Shown one piece after another: positions 21,209 to 33,600 of a DNA stretch of 64,000 nucleotides (its first letter is position 1; every line of letters starts with the position of its first letter). A program made the position numbers and the translations under genes. Source of the DNA: Halocafeteria seosinensis (lineage: Eukaryota); assembly GCA_001687465.1 (NCBI GenBank), contig LVLI01000043.1, positions 1 through 64,000 of the forward strand, read 5' to 3'. The notes beneath the pieces are model-generated. The model was not told the DNA's origin, made no database searches, and worked only from the letters and a program-made list of their open reading frames with translations.

Positions 21209-23839
21209 ATGCACAGAGAGTGGAATTGGATTCTATGTGTCGTCATAGTGGGACTATGCTTGATTCCAGCGGGACGCGCGGCGGAAGGGAAGCCCGCGCC
21301 TTGCGATAATACCGAAAAGGGCGATGATTGTACGTGTCTCAAGGCTCTATGGCCTTGCAGTGCTGGGAAATACTGCCCCGAACAGGGACAATCGTTTGAC
21401 TGTCCGAAAGGTTATTATTGTCCCCAGCATTCAGCGGAACCTACTATCTGCTGTGCGGGATACTACTGTCCTTCGCCGTCGGAAATCAAACGTTGCAAAA
21501 GTGGCCACTTTTGTAAGAAAGGCCAGGTGGAACCTTTCAAATGTGGTTGGACAGAAAGATGCCCGGAAGGCACCAGTGAACCTCAAGAAATTGGAATGTA
21601 TGGACTCCTGACGGTTGTGTCCGTCCTGTTGGCCGCAGCTAGTTCGTGCAAAGATAAATACTACCATCAGAAAACGGAAGCACGTAAGGAGAGGCAGAAA
21701 CGACTCATGAAAGAATGGAAGAGAAAGACTTCTGAGGTTTCAAATGATGCTCAGGAGAATTTAAACCCCTTAACACCAGGAGTATTTAGTAACAATAACC
21801 AGACTGGGGGAATAGAAATGAAATCTTTCCAGGCCGGCGGCGCTGAAGTAGCCAAACAGATTCCTGCAAAGAAAGTGCGAGGATACAGTATCCGGTTTGA
21901 GAATTTAGGAGTCAGTCTGCCTGATGGGAATAAGATTTTATCTGGCGTGAGCGGTGCGCTTGAGCCGGGTCGAACAACAGCCGTAATGGGGCCTTCTGGT
22001 GCGGGTAAGAGTACGTTCATCAATGTCCTAAGCAACAAAGTGGAACGCAGTGAAGGGCGTATCGAGGTGGATGGAAAATTCCGGCCTGATGGTCTGGCCC
22101 AATACAGAACAGTGTTTGGATTTGTTCCTCAAGAGGACGTAATGCTGCGCCAGTTTAGCCCCTACTATAATATAACGTTTTCGGCGAAGTACCGTTTGCC
22201 GAACAACATATCGAACACCAAGCGTCGGGAAAAAGTGACAAAGACACTGAAAGCGCTTGGGCTCTTGCATGTGCAAAACGAGGTAATAGGTGATGAACGC
22301 CAGCGAGGGATTTCTGGGGGCCAGAGGAAGCGTGTAAATATCGGCTTAGAGCTAGTAAATGATTGCGGTATACTCTTCCTGGATGAGCCGACATCTGGGC
22401 TTGACTCCTCGTCTGCAATGGATATATGCCAAACCCTGCGAAAGACTGCAGAGGATGAAGGGATCACAATTGCAGCAATTTTGCATCAGCCGCGGTATGA
22501 AATTTTCAACACGTTTAATGACTTGCTTCTCCTTGGGGAAGGTGGCAGAACCATATATAGTGGCCCAACGGACGGTATCTTGAAATACTTGCGGAGTATC
22601 GGCTTTCATCCTCCCATGTATACGAATCCTGCCGACTATATTTCTGATGTGTCTTCTGGAAGAGTATACAGAGAGGGATCTGAGTATTTCAGTCCGGAGA
22701 CTGAGTCTTACTTCCCCGCCAAGTTATTGCCGAATATCTGGAAATTGCACAAGGAAAATGAGCTGACCGAAGATTCTATAAAACAGCTTGAGGCAAAGTA
22801 CAAGCATTCGAAATCCGTCCCAGGAATTAGCGATTGGAACACTGAAAGTGATGATGAGGGATCAAAACTCCATCGATTGGTGCGCAAATACTATCGCGAA
22901 TATTGCTCGGAGCTTAACTCGCAATTCCGGAATTTTAAAGACTCCTTTTGCCGAAGAAAACTTCGCAAGACCCCTGGCTGTCTTAAAATGTTCATGATCT
23001 GCTTTACTAGAGCCTTCAAAGGAGTTGTGCATTCGATAGGAAGATTCTTTGCTGAAAATATGTTGCACTTCTTTGTTGGCTTTTTCCTTGGTATCATCGC
23101 ATCTGAGAACGCTGACGTATATATAGGCCCGCTTTCAGAAAGCATGCAAGAAGAGTTGTGCCCCTTTGTTCTTAAAGGGACATGCCGAAATCCTCTAATT
23201 GACGGCTTTCAACAATTAGGGATGTTTGTATCGTGGGGTGTATCTTTTGCTGGGGCAGCTGTCGCATCCAATACATTTGGACCGGAAGAAACGAACTATT
23301 GGAGGGAAGTTTCTTCGGGACTATACACCTTGCCGTACTTTTTGGCGAAATGTGCGGTAGATATTCTAAGGATCGGATTAGCTGCTGCTGTTTTCGAGGT
23401 AGCATTCTTCGCGGCATACACGTCGATCATTGACGTACTTCGCCTGTACGCTATCGTGGTTTTGCTTTACTTTAATGGCTTCCAGATCGGGTACTTCTTA
23501 ACGACCCTCGTTGGTGTTCGTTTGAGTCCTCTGGTGGCCCTAGTTGTCACCTTGCTTTCGAGCGCAATTCTATCTGGTTTTGCTATCCGTCTGCCTCAGA
23601 TTTCTTCTTCTTGGATTTGGCTCTTTCAAATGTCGTATGCCAGATGGGGAATAGAAGCGTATTATATTCTCTCTGTGGAACCGTATCAGTACTTCGACTT
23701 GCAACCAGGACTGGATAACTTTGGCTATGATATGTCGGAGTTCGATCCATCCCTCAAGAATATGGCCGTTGTTGGAGCTGGATGGTGCTGTCTTGCGTTC
23801 CTTTTGATGGTAGTCAGACATTTGGACAAAAAACGATAA
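21209..23839 (+). CDS. ABCG half-transporter with signal peptide and Cys-rich extracellular N-terminus (plant ABCG24/28- and fungal Adp1-like architecture), copy 1
   Basis: Walker A GPSGAGKST, Q-loop GFVPQED, signature ISGGQRKRV, Walker B LFLDEPTSGLD, H-loop ILHQP, C-terminal TMD, and CxxGYYCP repeats. Intronless; the ORF opens at 21131 and the likely start is MHREW at 21209. Confidence 0.93.
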   Translation: MHREWNWILCVVIVGLCLIPAGRAAEGKPAPCDNTEKGDDCTCLKALWPCSAGKYCPEQGQSFDCPKGYYCPQHSAEPTICCAGYYCPSPSEIKRCKSGHFCKKGQVEPFKCGWTERCPEGTSEPQEIGMYGLLTVVSVLLAAASSCKDKYYHQKTEARKERQKRLMKEWKRKTSEVSNDAQENLNPLTPGVFSNNNQTGGIEMKSFQAGGAEVAKQIPAKKVRGYSIRFENLGVSLPDGNKILSGVSGALEPGRTTAVMGPSGAGKSTFINVLSNKVERSEGRIEVDGKFRPDGLAQYRTVFGFVPQEDVMLRQFSPYYNITFSAKYRLPNNISNTKRREKVTKTLKALGLLHVQNEVIGDERQRGISGGQRKRVNIGLELVNDCGILFLDEPTSGLDSSSAMDICQTLRKTAEDEGITIAAILHQPRYEIFNTFNDLLLLGEGGRTIYSGPTDGILKYLRSIGFHPPMYTNPADYISDVSSGRVYREGSEYFSPETESYFPAKLLPNIWKLHKENELTEDSIKQLEAKYKHSKSVPGISDWNTESDDEGSKLHRLVRKYYREYCSELNSQFRNFKDSFCRRKLRKTPGCLKMFMICFTRAFKGVVHSIGRFFAENMLHFFVGFFLGIIASENADVYIGPLSESMQEELCPFVLKGTCRNPLIDGFQQLGMFVSWGVSFAGAAVASNTFGPEETNYWREVSSGLYTLPYFLAKCAVDILRIGLAAAVFEVAFFAAYTSIIDVLRLYAIVVLLYFNGFQIGYFLTTLVGVRLSPLVALVVTLLSSAILSGFAIRLPQISSSWIWLFQMSYARWGIEAYYILSVEPYQYFDLQPGLDNFGYDMSEFDPSLKNMAVVGAGWCCLAFLLMVVRHLDKKR

Positions 23840-24502
23840 TGGGGAACTCACTCTCCCTATTTGCTTATCTTGTAATCAAATAATGACAACATTACCGGTA
23901 TCTGTACGCATCACAATGCAACCTACCTAAAATACAGCTTCCTGGTGCAATTCGCTGCATCTCTTTGAACGTGATACCCCTGAAGACGGGGTGTTTGATG
24001 TGTCCATTGGCTTCACTGCCAGCGAGACCAGTTTGACGAAAATAATCTGGGAGCTACTGAGAAGCTCTTGCCGCTTCTCGACATTTACGACCCTTGCGAC
24101 GCCAAGACATTTTCGCTTGGGATATCTTCCATAGTGCACAAACCACCGTGTTTTTGCCAGACTTGTACCATCATCGTCGTTGAGTTCGCATTCAGGTTTG
24201 CGAACTCCAATAATAGCCTCCCTCCGTTGATTTTTTGGTCTGATTACACTGTTCTTGCGCAGCTCGTACAAAGTCGCACGAGGCTCCGCTCGCGTGCTCC
24301 AAATTCTCAAGGATTTCGTTACGTGTGCGCTTATCCAGCCTCCTAATCGCTACGTGTGCGCTGCATTCGCGGCACGATAAGCCAAGGAAGATAGAGTGTA
24401 GATATCGGAACGAGGGATCGTGTCGTGCACCACGTCTTTGAGGTCGGGTACAACTCAACGGATCTGTTGGATATTTACTGTTCTGTCTCTCAAATTCCGA
24501 CC

Positions 24503-27205
24503 ATGCGAGTCTTGGGGAAAGAGATACCCTTTATTTCTATCGTTTTTCTAGCCGCCGTACTCTGCCAACCAGGTAAAACAGCGGCACAAGCGGTATCGAC
24601 TCCAGCTCCCACTCCTTGCCCGGGAACGGACTCGTCTGGGTGTACCTGTTGGCAGTGGTCAGGTACTGAGGATGTGTGCCGCCGAGGTTACTACTGTCCA
24701 GAAGGTGGCGATGGGTATCCGTGTCCTCAAGGATATTATTGCCCGGAAAACTCAGTAGAGCCTACATTGTGCTGCGAGGGATACTATTGTCCGTCGCCAT
24801 CGGAAATTAAGGTGTGCACAAAGGGTCACTTTTGTAGAAAAGGCCAAATAGAACCATTCAAGTGCGGGTGGACTGAACGCTGTCCCGAAGGGACAAGTGA
24901 GCCACAAGAAGTCGGGATGTTTGCGCTGTTGGTGGTGTCGTGTTTGCTGCTGATTGTTGCCGCTGTCGTGAAGGACAAGTACTATCAGCGGAAAACCGCA
25001 GCACGACAAGCGAGACAAAAGCGGATAGTCAAACAATGGGATCCTGATGCCTCTTCTCCGTTAAGTGAAAAGACAGAGCACGTCAATCCTATCCGAGATT
25101 CCGATGCAATGGGACAGGATATCGAAATGCATCAAAGGCGCCCAAGCAGAAATTTCAGTTTCGATATTGTTGAAGCGAAGCCAAATGACAAGAAGCAGAC
25201 AAACCCTATCAATGAGAAGAAACCAAAAAAACCTGTTCGTGGATATCGGATACAGTTTGAAGATTTAGGTGTGCAGCTGCCCAACGGGAAGACCATCTTG
25301 TCCGGTGTGAGCGGGTCCCTTGAGCCAGGCCACACTACTGCGATTATGGGCCCTTCTGGGGCTGGAAAGAGTACGTTTATCAATGTGTTGAGCAATAAAG
25401 TGGAATGGACAGAAGGCTCTATTGAAGTGGATGATGAGCCGAAGGAGGACGGGCTAGCCCAATACAGGACGGTATTCGGCTTCGTTCCGCAGGAGGATGT
25501 CATGCTGCGTCACTTTAGCCCATACTACAACATTACATTTTCTGCCAAATATCGACTACCCAAAGGCATCACTACTGCCGAGCGTAGGGACAAGGTTACG
25601 GAAACTCTGGAACTCTTGGGGATCCTTCATGTCCAGAATCAGACAATTGGAGATGAACGTCAAAGAGGAATTTCCGGTGGACAGAGAAAGCGAGTGAACA
25701 TAGGCATAGAGTTGGTAAATGAGTGCGCAATCTTGTTTTTGGATGAGCCTACATCTGGGCTTGATTCTTCTTCTGCGATGGACATTTGCAACACTCTCCG
25801 AAAAACTGCTGAGGATCGAGGGATCACAATTGCCGCCATCCTCCATCAGCCGCGTTACGAAATATTTGAGACTTTTACAGACTTGCTCTTACTGGGAGAA
25901 GGAGGACGAACTATATACAGCGGCCCCAGAGGTGACGTCATGAGCTACTTAGCAAGTGTTGGGTTCCATCCGCCAAAATTTACCAATCCTGCGGACTATT
26001 TGGCAGACATCTCTTCCGGGAGAGTGTACCGGGAGGGTTCTGAACACTTTGACCCAAGTTCTAATTCATTTTTTCCTGCTCACTTGTTGCCGGACCTTTG
26101 GCTATTGCATAAACAAGGTCAGCTAAATGAAACCGAAATAAGAAAGCTGGAAAAGGACTATGTGGATTCCAAGAGGTCTCCCGCATCTAATGAAGGAGGG
26201 AAGGACACAGGTACCGGGAATTGCTACTCGTCACTGGTCTCGTGGACTCAGGGAAAATCTGACATGATCCGAGCTGAGCTGAAATCGCAGAAGCGCAATT
26301 TCCAAGACTCTTTTGGGCACAATAAGATCCGTAGTACCCCAGGGATTATGACAATGTTTATTATTTGCTTCACCCGCGCGTGTAAGGGCGTTCTTCACTC
26401 CGTTGGACGGTTTTTTGCCGAGAACGTCCTGCACTTCTTCGTGGGATTCTTTCTCGGGGTCATTGCAACGGAGAATGCAGAAATCTACGTTGGACCTCTT
26501 TCGGAGAATATGCAGGATAATTTGTGTCCGTTTGTTCTGAAGTCGGACTGTAGGAACCCTCAGGTAGACGGATTTCAGCAGCTCGGTATGTTTACGTGCT
26601 GGGGTGTCTCTTTTGCCGGTGCTGCAGTTGCTTCTAATACATTTGGGCCTGAAGAGACCAATTATTGGAGAGAGGTAGCCGCAGGCCTGTACACGTTGCC
26701 CTACTTCGTGGCGAAGTGCTGCGTTGACATACTTCGTATCGCGATTGCAGCCCTCGTATTCGAGGTGGCGTTTTTCGCTGCATATTCTTCGGTGATTAAT
26801 GGGTTCTACTTCTATGCTCTTGTTTTCTTGCTATATTTCAATGGCTTCAACATTGGATACTTCTTGACAACGTTGGTCGGTGTCCGCTTGAGCCCGTTGG
26901 TCGCGTTAGTCCTTACGCTATTGTCGTCGGCAGTCTTGTCTGGCTTCGCGGTTCGGCTCCCAGATGTTTCTTCTCAATGGAGTTGGATAATGCAGATGTC
27001 GTACGCAAGATGGGGAATCGAAGCCTATTATATCCTCTCCGTAGACCCCTACGATTATTTCAACTTGCAGCCAGGTCTGGACTCTTTCGGCTACGAAATG
27101 TCCAATCTAGACATTTCCCTGGTGTTCATGGCCGTCATTGGTGTTGTATGGTCCATCCTTGCCTTCCTGTTGATGGTTGTGCGACATTTGGATAAAAAAC
27201 GGTAA
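24503..27205 (+). CDS. ABCG half-transporter with Cys-rich N-terminus, copy 2 (tandem paralog)
   Basis: Same motifs and the same C-terminus (LLMVVRHLDKKR) as copy 1. Intronless; likely start MRVLGK at 24503. Confidence 0.93.
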   Translation: MRVLGKEIPFISIVFLAAVLCQPGKTAAQAVSTPAPTPCPGTDSSGCTCWQWSGTEDVCRRGYYCPEGGDGYPCPQGYYCPENSVEPTLCCEGYYCPSPSEIKVCTKGHFCRKGQIEPFKCGWTERCPEGTSEPQEVGMFALLVVSCLLLIVAAVVKDKYYQRKTAARQARQKRIVKQWDPDASSPLSEKTEHVNPIRDSDAMGQDIEMHQRRPSRNFSFDIVEAKPNDKKQTNPINEKKPKKPVRGYRIQFEDLGVQLPNGKTILSGVSGSLEPGHTTAIMGPSGAGKSTFINVLSNKVEWTEGSIEVDDEPKEDGLAQYRTVFGFVPQEDVMLRHFSPYYNITFSAKYRLPKGITTAERRDKVTETLELLGILHVQNQTIGDERQRGISGGQRKRVNIGIELVNECAILFLDEPTSGLDSSSAMDICNTLRKTAEDRGITIAAILHQPRYEIFETFTDLLLLGEGGRTIYSGPRGDVMSYLASVGFHPPKFTNPADYLADISSGRVYREGSEHFDPSSNSFFPAHLLPDLWLLHKQGQLNETEIRKLEKDYVDSKRSPASNEGGKDTGTGNCYSSLVSWTQGKSDMIRAELKSQKRNFQDSFGHNKIRSTPGIMTMFIICFTRACKGVLHSVGRFFAENVLHFFVGFFLGVIATENAEIYVGPLSENMQDNLCPFVLKSDCRNPQVDGFQQLGMFTCWGVSFAGAAVASNTFGPEETNYWREVAAGLYTLPYFVAKCCVDILRIAIAALVFEVAFFAAYSSVINGFYFYALVFLLYFNGFNIGYFLTTLVGVRLSPLVALVLTLLSSAVLSGFAVRLPDVSSQWSWIMQMSYARWGIEAYYILSVDPYDYFNLQPGLDSFGYEMSNLDISLVFMAVIGVVWSILAFLLMVVRHLDKKR

Positions 27206-27699
27206 TTCTTTACCGCTTCAAAGTCGAACGTTATTGGCAGGTACAAAGTACACCTCACTTGGAAGAAAAGGAACTATAAAACGCAAGCACAATTAATCGA
27301 AAGTACCAAAGCAAAGCGAATAAGACGTTTACCGTCGGTCCCTACCACTGTATCCACCCCCATGCTGCACGTTTCCCTCCATTTTGTTGACTGGCCAATA
27401 GGTCCGTTTTCGGTCGCGGGCTGGGACAGTGGTCGGTAGAGGGAGCGGCTACACCGCCCCCAGGTCCGGGGGATGAGTGCGTCCCTGTAGCTTCCCTCTG
27501 GGAGAAACAACAAAAGAGGTCTATCGGGTTCAAATTGTGTGTCTCAAGTGAATACCGAGCTTAATCGAGGTTCATTCACTACATTTGTCCCATTTGGCTG
27601 TGCATGTACATAGTTTAACTCATTCCACAGCAGCTCTGTGCACTGGTATTCTCGGCCAGATTGTTTAAAGGGGCGCAAATTGATCTGTAAAGGGGTAGA

Positions 27700-30600
27700 A
27701 TGACGTCATACAACACCTCTGGAGCCACATTTAAGCCTCATGAGGCGCCTAGATTGGCTGATGAGGATTCAGTTTGGTCCGTTATTTGCCGTGGAGATGT
27801 GAAGACCCTCGATTATTACCTCTGTCGCCCACTATTGGGCGAAAACCCGGCGTTTGGGGACCCTGAGACAGAAGGCTCCAATCCTCATAGCCAGGAGGCT
27901 ATACAGCGTGTATTAGACAGTATGAAGGGCGAGAAAATGGACCAGATGTGTGGCAAGGTGTTTGGTGAGGTACGTGGGGCTCCTTGGAGTGCTCCAGAGC
28001 TCGAGAAAATAGGGGGACAAAAGCCCACAGGGGTATTTTTTTTCTCCCTCGAGAGCATTTAACACATGTATATGAGTTCATTTTACGTTCTTTGAGGTAT
28101 AATTACGATCATCTTGGTTGATTTGGTTACATGTGTGGGTCCGCAGGGAGACATTGTCTACATTTGCAAAGATTGTGGTTTCGACCCCACGTGCGTGCAG
28201 TGCCAGGAATGCTTCCATCGTTCAGATCATGAAGGACATGATGTATGTATGACTTCAGAAAAAGACGGAAAAAGGAAGATTCACGTAGGCTAGACCGATT
28301 TTCGAAACCTTCCCGCAGGTGTACTTCCACAAGTCTCACGGTGGAGGGTGTTGTGATTGTGGAGATCTGGAAGCTTGGAGAGGTGAGGAGCATAGTTAGC
28401 ACGATTGTGTATAATGATATGACATTACCATTGTACGGCTGTCTAGTACAGAAGAGGGGTGTTGTAATCTCCACAGACCGGGAGCGGCGGCAGCCAACGT
28501 GAGCAATCCATTCGGCACATTTCCGGACGGATATCTGCAACGCTGTGTCAGGATATTCTCGCTGGTTGCAACCCATATCTCAAGCTGTATGCAACATTAT
28601 AAGAGTAGCTATGACGTGGATAAAGTTTTATCCGAAGCTGGAAAGGAGGATACTCTAGCTTTGGTGATCCATAACGACGACGTTCACACCTACGATGACG
28701 TAATCAAGATATTCAAGGACGCCGGCCAGTTAGGACCAGCGAGGGCTCAAGAATTAACAGAGAGAGTTGACAAGAGGGGGGAAGCAGCGCTATTGGAGGG
28801 AAAAAAGAAAGATGTGAAGAGTGGTATTGATAAGGCCAAGAAAAGTGGCTTGCTGATTTCAGCTGAAACCGAAAGTCTCAGAAGGGAGGTAAACTGTTGC
28901 AAATCATTGATACAATGGTTGCGTATTCGTTCTTCGGAGGCATTAGGCTTTTGTTTGCTAATCAGGCATGTAATGTTCAATATGGGCGTTCCGGCGGAAA
29001 CGGCGGATATCGTGAAGTTATGGGATGACCAGAAACCTCAGTTGTCCATGGAAAATGGCCTAGAAAGTGCGCCGGTGGTATTGTGGATGCAGCTGGATGC
29101 GTGGTTATATAAAGAAATCCGCACGTCGCTACACGATTGGTACATGTCAGAGATAAAGAACCCGGTTTTCCGAGCGCGCCTAGGGCTCTCCTTCAGCTCG
29201 GCTCTCCCTGCTGTTATTGAGGACTACTCAAATAGTGTCGGTGTGGAGGAGGACAACATATTGGATTTTGCCGTCCATTTGTTCACTGTCCCTTCTGTTA
29301 CCTCTCAATTGGTGGGAGAACGTCCATTGGGAATTGATTTATTGGAAATTTTACTAACTGGGATAAGGACTTGCTTAAGCAAGACAGCCCGCATCGACGC
29401 TGCAAAGGCTGTCGACATGACGTCGTCAAACGATGAAAAATTATACGACCTTGCCCCGTTCATAGATCTTCAGCAACGGGCAAGTGGCCAGGAAGGTACT
29501 GGGAATTGGGAGAAACGTCTTGTAGATGCAAATCATACAGCAATAGAATTCCAAAGATATGGGCCCATCACTCGGGCATTGAATTACGTCTCCCGAAGTA
29601 CTACTGCTCCTCGATTCCTTTTGGCATCTCATGAACATCTGGAGTTGGTTTTTCAAATACTAACCATTCTGCATGGCGTGAACCCACGGAAGAAAAAACA
29701 AGGGGACCACGTGGAACATGAAGCGACTACTTGGGAAAAGGGGTTTAACACTGTTATTAATATATGTGGTGCATTGGAGCAAGTTTTAGTAGAGTTCATC
29801 AACAAGCATGTCGCTATGTGTTCCCCTGCAACTTGTGAGCGAGTCGTTGAAAAGAATTTGTTATGGATATATCGGCGGATCCAAGTGGTAACACATAAAT
29901 GCCAAGCACCGTTTTGGGGCTCTGTGCCGTATGAGGATTCTAAACTGATTAATCATAAAGAAGAAAACTCGACACCCAATAAAATGTCAATGTTTTCATA
30001 CAGGATCGATCAGCATGCCATGACGTGGCACCACACACTGCATCGTTTTTTGGGTCGCTTTATTTCTCTACTACATCGGGACACTGTTCGAGTCGAGCAA
30101 CCGTCTGTGGCCGTAACAACTCTTGAACACGTGCGACAAGTTCTAAAGTCGTTTGAACCTCTGGGGGATCGTGGGATGCGACCCTGGACATTGGTGCTAA
30201 TTCCACCTCTGCGTACCCGAGGTATGTCTATGGAGGTCTTGGTGGGTGACTGGAGGCGGAACGGCAACAGCGTACTTATCGAAGCGATCAACTATTTCTC
30301 ACCACCTCTGTGTACATCATTGGCCGACGACGACCTGGCGTGCATGCAATTAGGAGCATATCTGGCGTGTTCGAATATACAGCAAAAGGATGTTAACGAG
30401 GGGTGCATTGTGTTCGATGAAATCGATGAAGTGCTGTGCCACATGTTGTGGCATTTCGGTTGCCTTAACTACCTCACCAACTCAATTTTCTTCAGTGAAA
30501 CAGCATATAGTACGGCGGCTTCGAAGGAAAAGATGCATCAACGGGCAATAGAGGCACTAAGGTTTTGCTCGATTATGATTACTGAGTTACCCTATCAAGT

Positions 30601-33600
30601 ACAGGAAGAAGAATTGCCTCCGAAAATACTGGATACTCTTCATTCCAGTAATGCAAAATTATCAATTGCTGATGTGATTACAATACGACGAGAACTCGTT
30701 CACCAACTGTTGGTTTCTCCGAAACGGCGAAGCAAGTTGAGCAAATCCGCGGCCTCCGTGCTCCATCGTAGTGACTTCGTAGATGACGATGTTCTCTCTG
30801 CCCTTTTGTCAGATATTGCAGAGTTTCGGGAAGGAGCTACTTTAGACTCTGGTAGCTATCATCTGAAAGACTCCTGCTACTTCGAATTTGACTACTTCTT
30901 CCATCATCTTGTAGGCCAGGAGCGTGAACGCGCTCACCAGAACTGGATCGAAAAGTGGAGAAAGCAAAGTGGAAGGGACGTGCAGGCTGTCCTTGCGCTG
31001 AAAGTCCCTGCCATAGAAGCGCATGACGAACGCTCGCAAGGCATACGACGCCTTTCTGCGTCCAAGAGGTCGCTCGTTGGCAAGGCTCTTACTGAAGCCC
31101 GTAAGATCTGCCCTCTCCTGCCGAGAACCAATGAAAACATGCAACTGGTACGCCGTCTGTTGTTTTGTCGAACGTCACTTTTGATGGTTCAAACCATCCT
31201 ACACGATGTTTTCGTGGCTACTGGGGAGTCCCAAAAGGGTGTCCAGAAGAGCTCCGGGCAGTATCAGAGTGTACTCAAAGAAAGAAAGGATGAAAACTTT
31301 CTTCAGAGTATTTTACACTGGTTGACGGCAGCTGTTTCGGAAGGCCACAATGTAAGTCAGAATGAGGATCGTATAATCTCAGCCGATGCGGCAGCGTTTC
31401 TTGAGCAACTCGCTGTTGGTGAGCCCGTGTCCAACTTCGACGGTCAAGGCAAATATCAACTGAGAAGCGTTGTTTTCTACTTAAGCGAAGTTGTTTATGA
31501 AGAACATTTTTCTTCGGAAATCCGAGAGGCTTGTCTGTGGATCCTTGACTCCTTACGGCAAGTCTCGGGAAATCTTAGAATCGTTGTAGATTCGTGCCTA
31601 GGTGTTGACGAACTTTGCCAATCTCTGGAACCTGAGAATGAGGATTCTGGAGATGTGTCGAAACGAAGCGCTAGAGACAAACGGATGCGAAAGGCGCAGA
31701 ACGCTGCACTTAAGAAGTTTAAAGGTACCCAAAAGGGAGTCGCTGACGCTCTATTTGGGGACGAGGACGCAGGTGTTGACCATCACTATGTGTACCGAGA
31801 CTACTTCTCTGAGTTATCAGGAGTCGATGGTATTGCAACTCCATCTCTTGATTACCAGATGATCCTTGAGGAGACTGACTCGGAGTATATCAAGCATATG
31901 CAGGAGAAGACGTTGAACTTGGCCAACGATGTTGTCCGGAATTTGTACATCGAAGAGCACGAAAGCTCTTTGATGGGAAACCAACTGTTCTCATCGATCC
32001 GATCAAAGTACGGTTTGCTGTTTTCGGCTTTTTTTAGCACCCCCTTGACGTCAATTGCTGCTATGTATCAGCAAGGTGAGTCAGATACTAAGAGACTAGA
32101 ACTGGCAGCAAGGAGCAGCTTACTTGGGTCAGGGACCGACGTCGTTCCTCACTTGGCAAGAGCCTCCACCTTGCATACTATGCCTTCTGCAAATCCGAAT
32201 GATGAATCTCAAGAGTGTATACTCTGTCGAGAACCGATTGACGAGACTCTATCATTTGTCTCCTGTGTGCGGCCTAGTCTTGTAGACTCTTCATGCAGGC
32301 GCAAAGGGGGACTGCGGCATTGTAGGTATGGGGTCGGTATCCAACAGGAACACGATAATCCAGGTGTTCTTTCTGTGTCAACTTTGTTAAAACAGTTTTC
32401 CGGAAATAAGTTTACATTAGCTCTTGAGACGACGGATGGGAATTCCTTCAATGCCGATGTTGATGTCGACGAGCTCAGGCAAGGCGCCATGGGATCAGAG
32501 CAAGTTGCGGCTGCTCGCCGTCAATTACTGGGATTGCTATCCGGGGCCAGCGAAGGAAGCAGAGGAACCACTGAAGGCTCAGCTCGGACGCAAACTCAAC
32601 AAAGTGGTGAGGAAGTGTTGCTCGAGGCACTGAACCATGGGCGTTTCGACGATGATGATATGGAGGGTAGTGCGGTTGATCCGGATGAAGCACGTGTCCT
32701 GGACGACTTTGAAGGTGTGGTGGAAGGTGCTGACCAGGGGCAAATAAGTCAGTTACAACTCTTGCGCTACTTGGTGGAAGCCTCTCAGCATAGGAGCAGA
32801 ACGTCAGGAAACACGAGCCGGGATGACGATTCACTGTTATACTCCTTAACTAACGAGAGTGGAAAAACGTTGCTCGCTGCTAGGAGCTCTTTTGAACTAA
32901 ATGTCCAGTTTTGTACTCATGCAATTCACGAGAGTTGTTTTGAAAAACAGCAGAATGCAGCGATCCAAAGAGCAAACACAAATTTCTTTTTCGAGCGATC
33001 CCTGAACGTAGACCTTAATGGTGGGGAGTACGACTGCCCCCTTTGCCGCACATTTTCAAATGGTCTTGTCCCATTATGCAGCGGTATTCCACTTATTCGT
33101 TGTGATCTGGCACTCAGGCAAATTCACTTCATGGGCCATTTAGAAAATAAGATTGCATCAATTCTTCGGAAATGCTCAACCGAGGGCTGCTTTCCCACAA
33201 GGGCAGACCTGCAAAATTTCGCTACTACTTTAGGGCGATTCTTTATGGCTTGTATGGCCACGTCTGCAGATGGCAAGCAACCTGTTCTCAACAAGCTAAT
33301 TAAGTTGCTGTATGCAGTGAAACCATTATACAACAGCTTCGACGGAACATCAATCGAAGTAGACTTTATCGAAAGGCTGTGCTGTGTATCCGAAGAAATT
33401 GTTTCCAGCTCTGGTACGGATAGTGGATTTGTTCGTTACTTAAGATGCCTTCCCCGTGAATTCTGGAAGCTTGAGTGCCAGTACCATGATGCGCTGGACA
33501 ACTATAACTCCTGGGACTTAAAGACTCTTTCGAGAGCCCAAACAGAATTGAACAACTACAGCGAAGAATTGAAGCAATTATCACCTGAGAGCGCACAGGA

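Noticed and set aside
23927..24346. ORFs of 127 aa (-) and 92 aa (+) between the two ABCG genes
   Set aside because: No recognisable motif, non-ATG starts and overlapping alternatives; likely spurious intergenic ORFs.
32209..33060. RING domain of the UBR ligase interrupted by a long acidic insert (possible intein or mobile insert)
   Set aside because: A split RING with a long variable insert is normal for UBR1-family ligases, and no intein terminal motifs are present.
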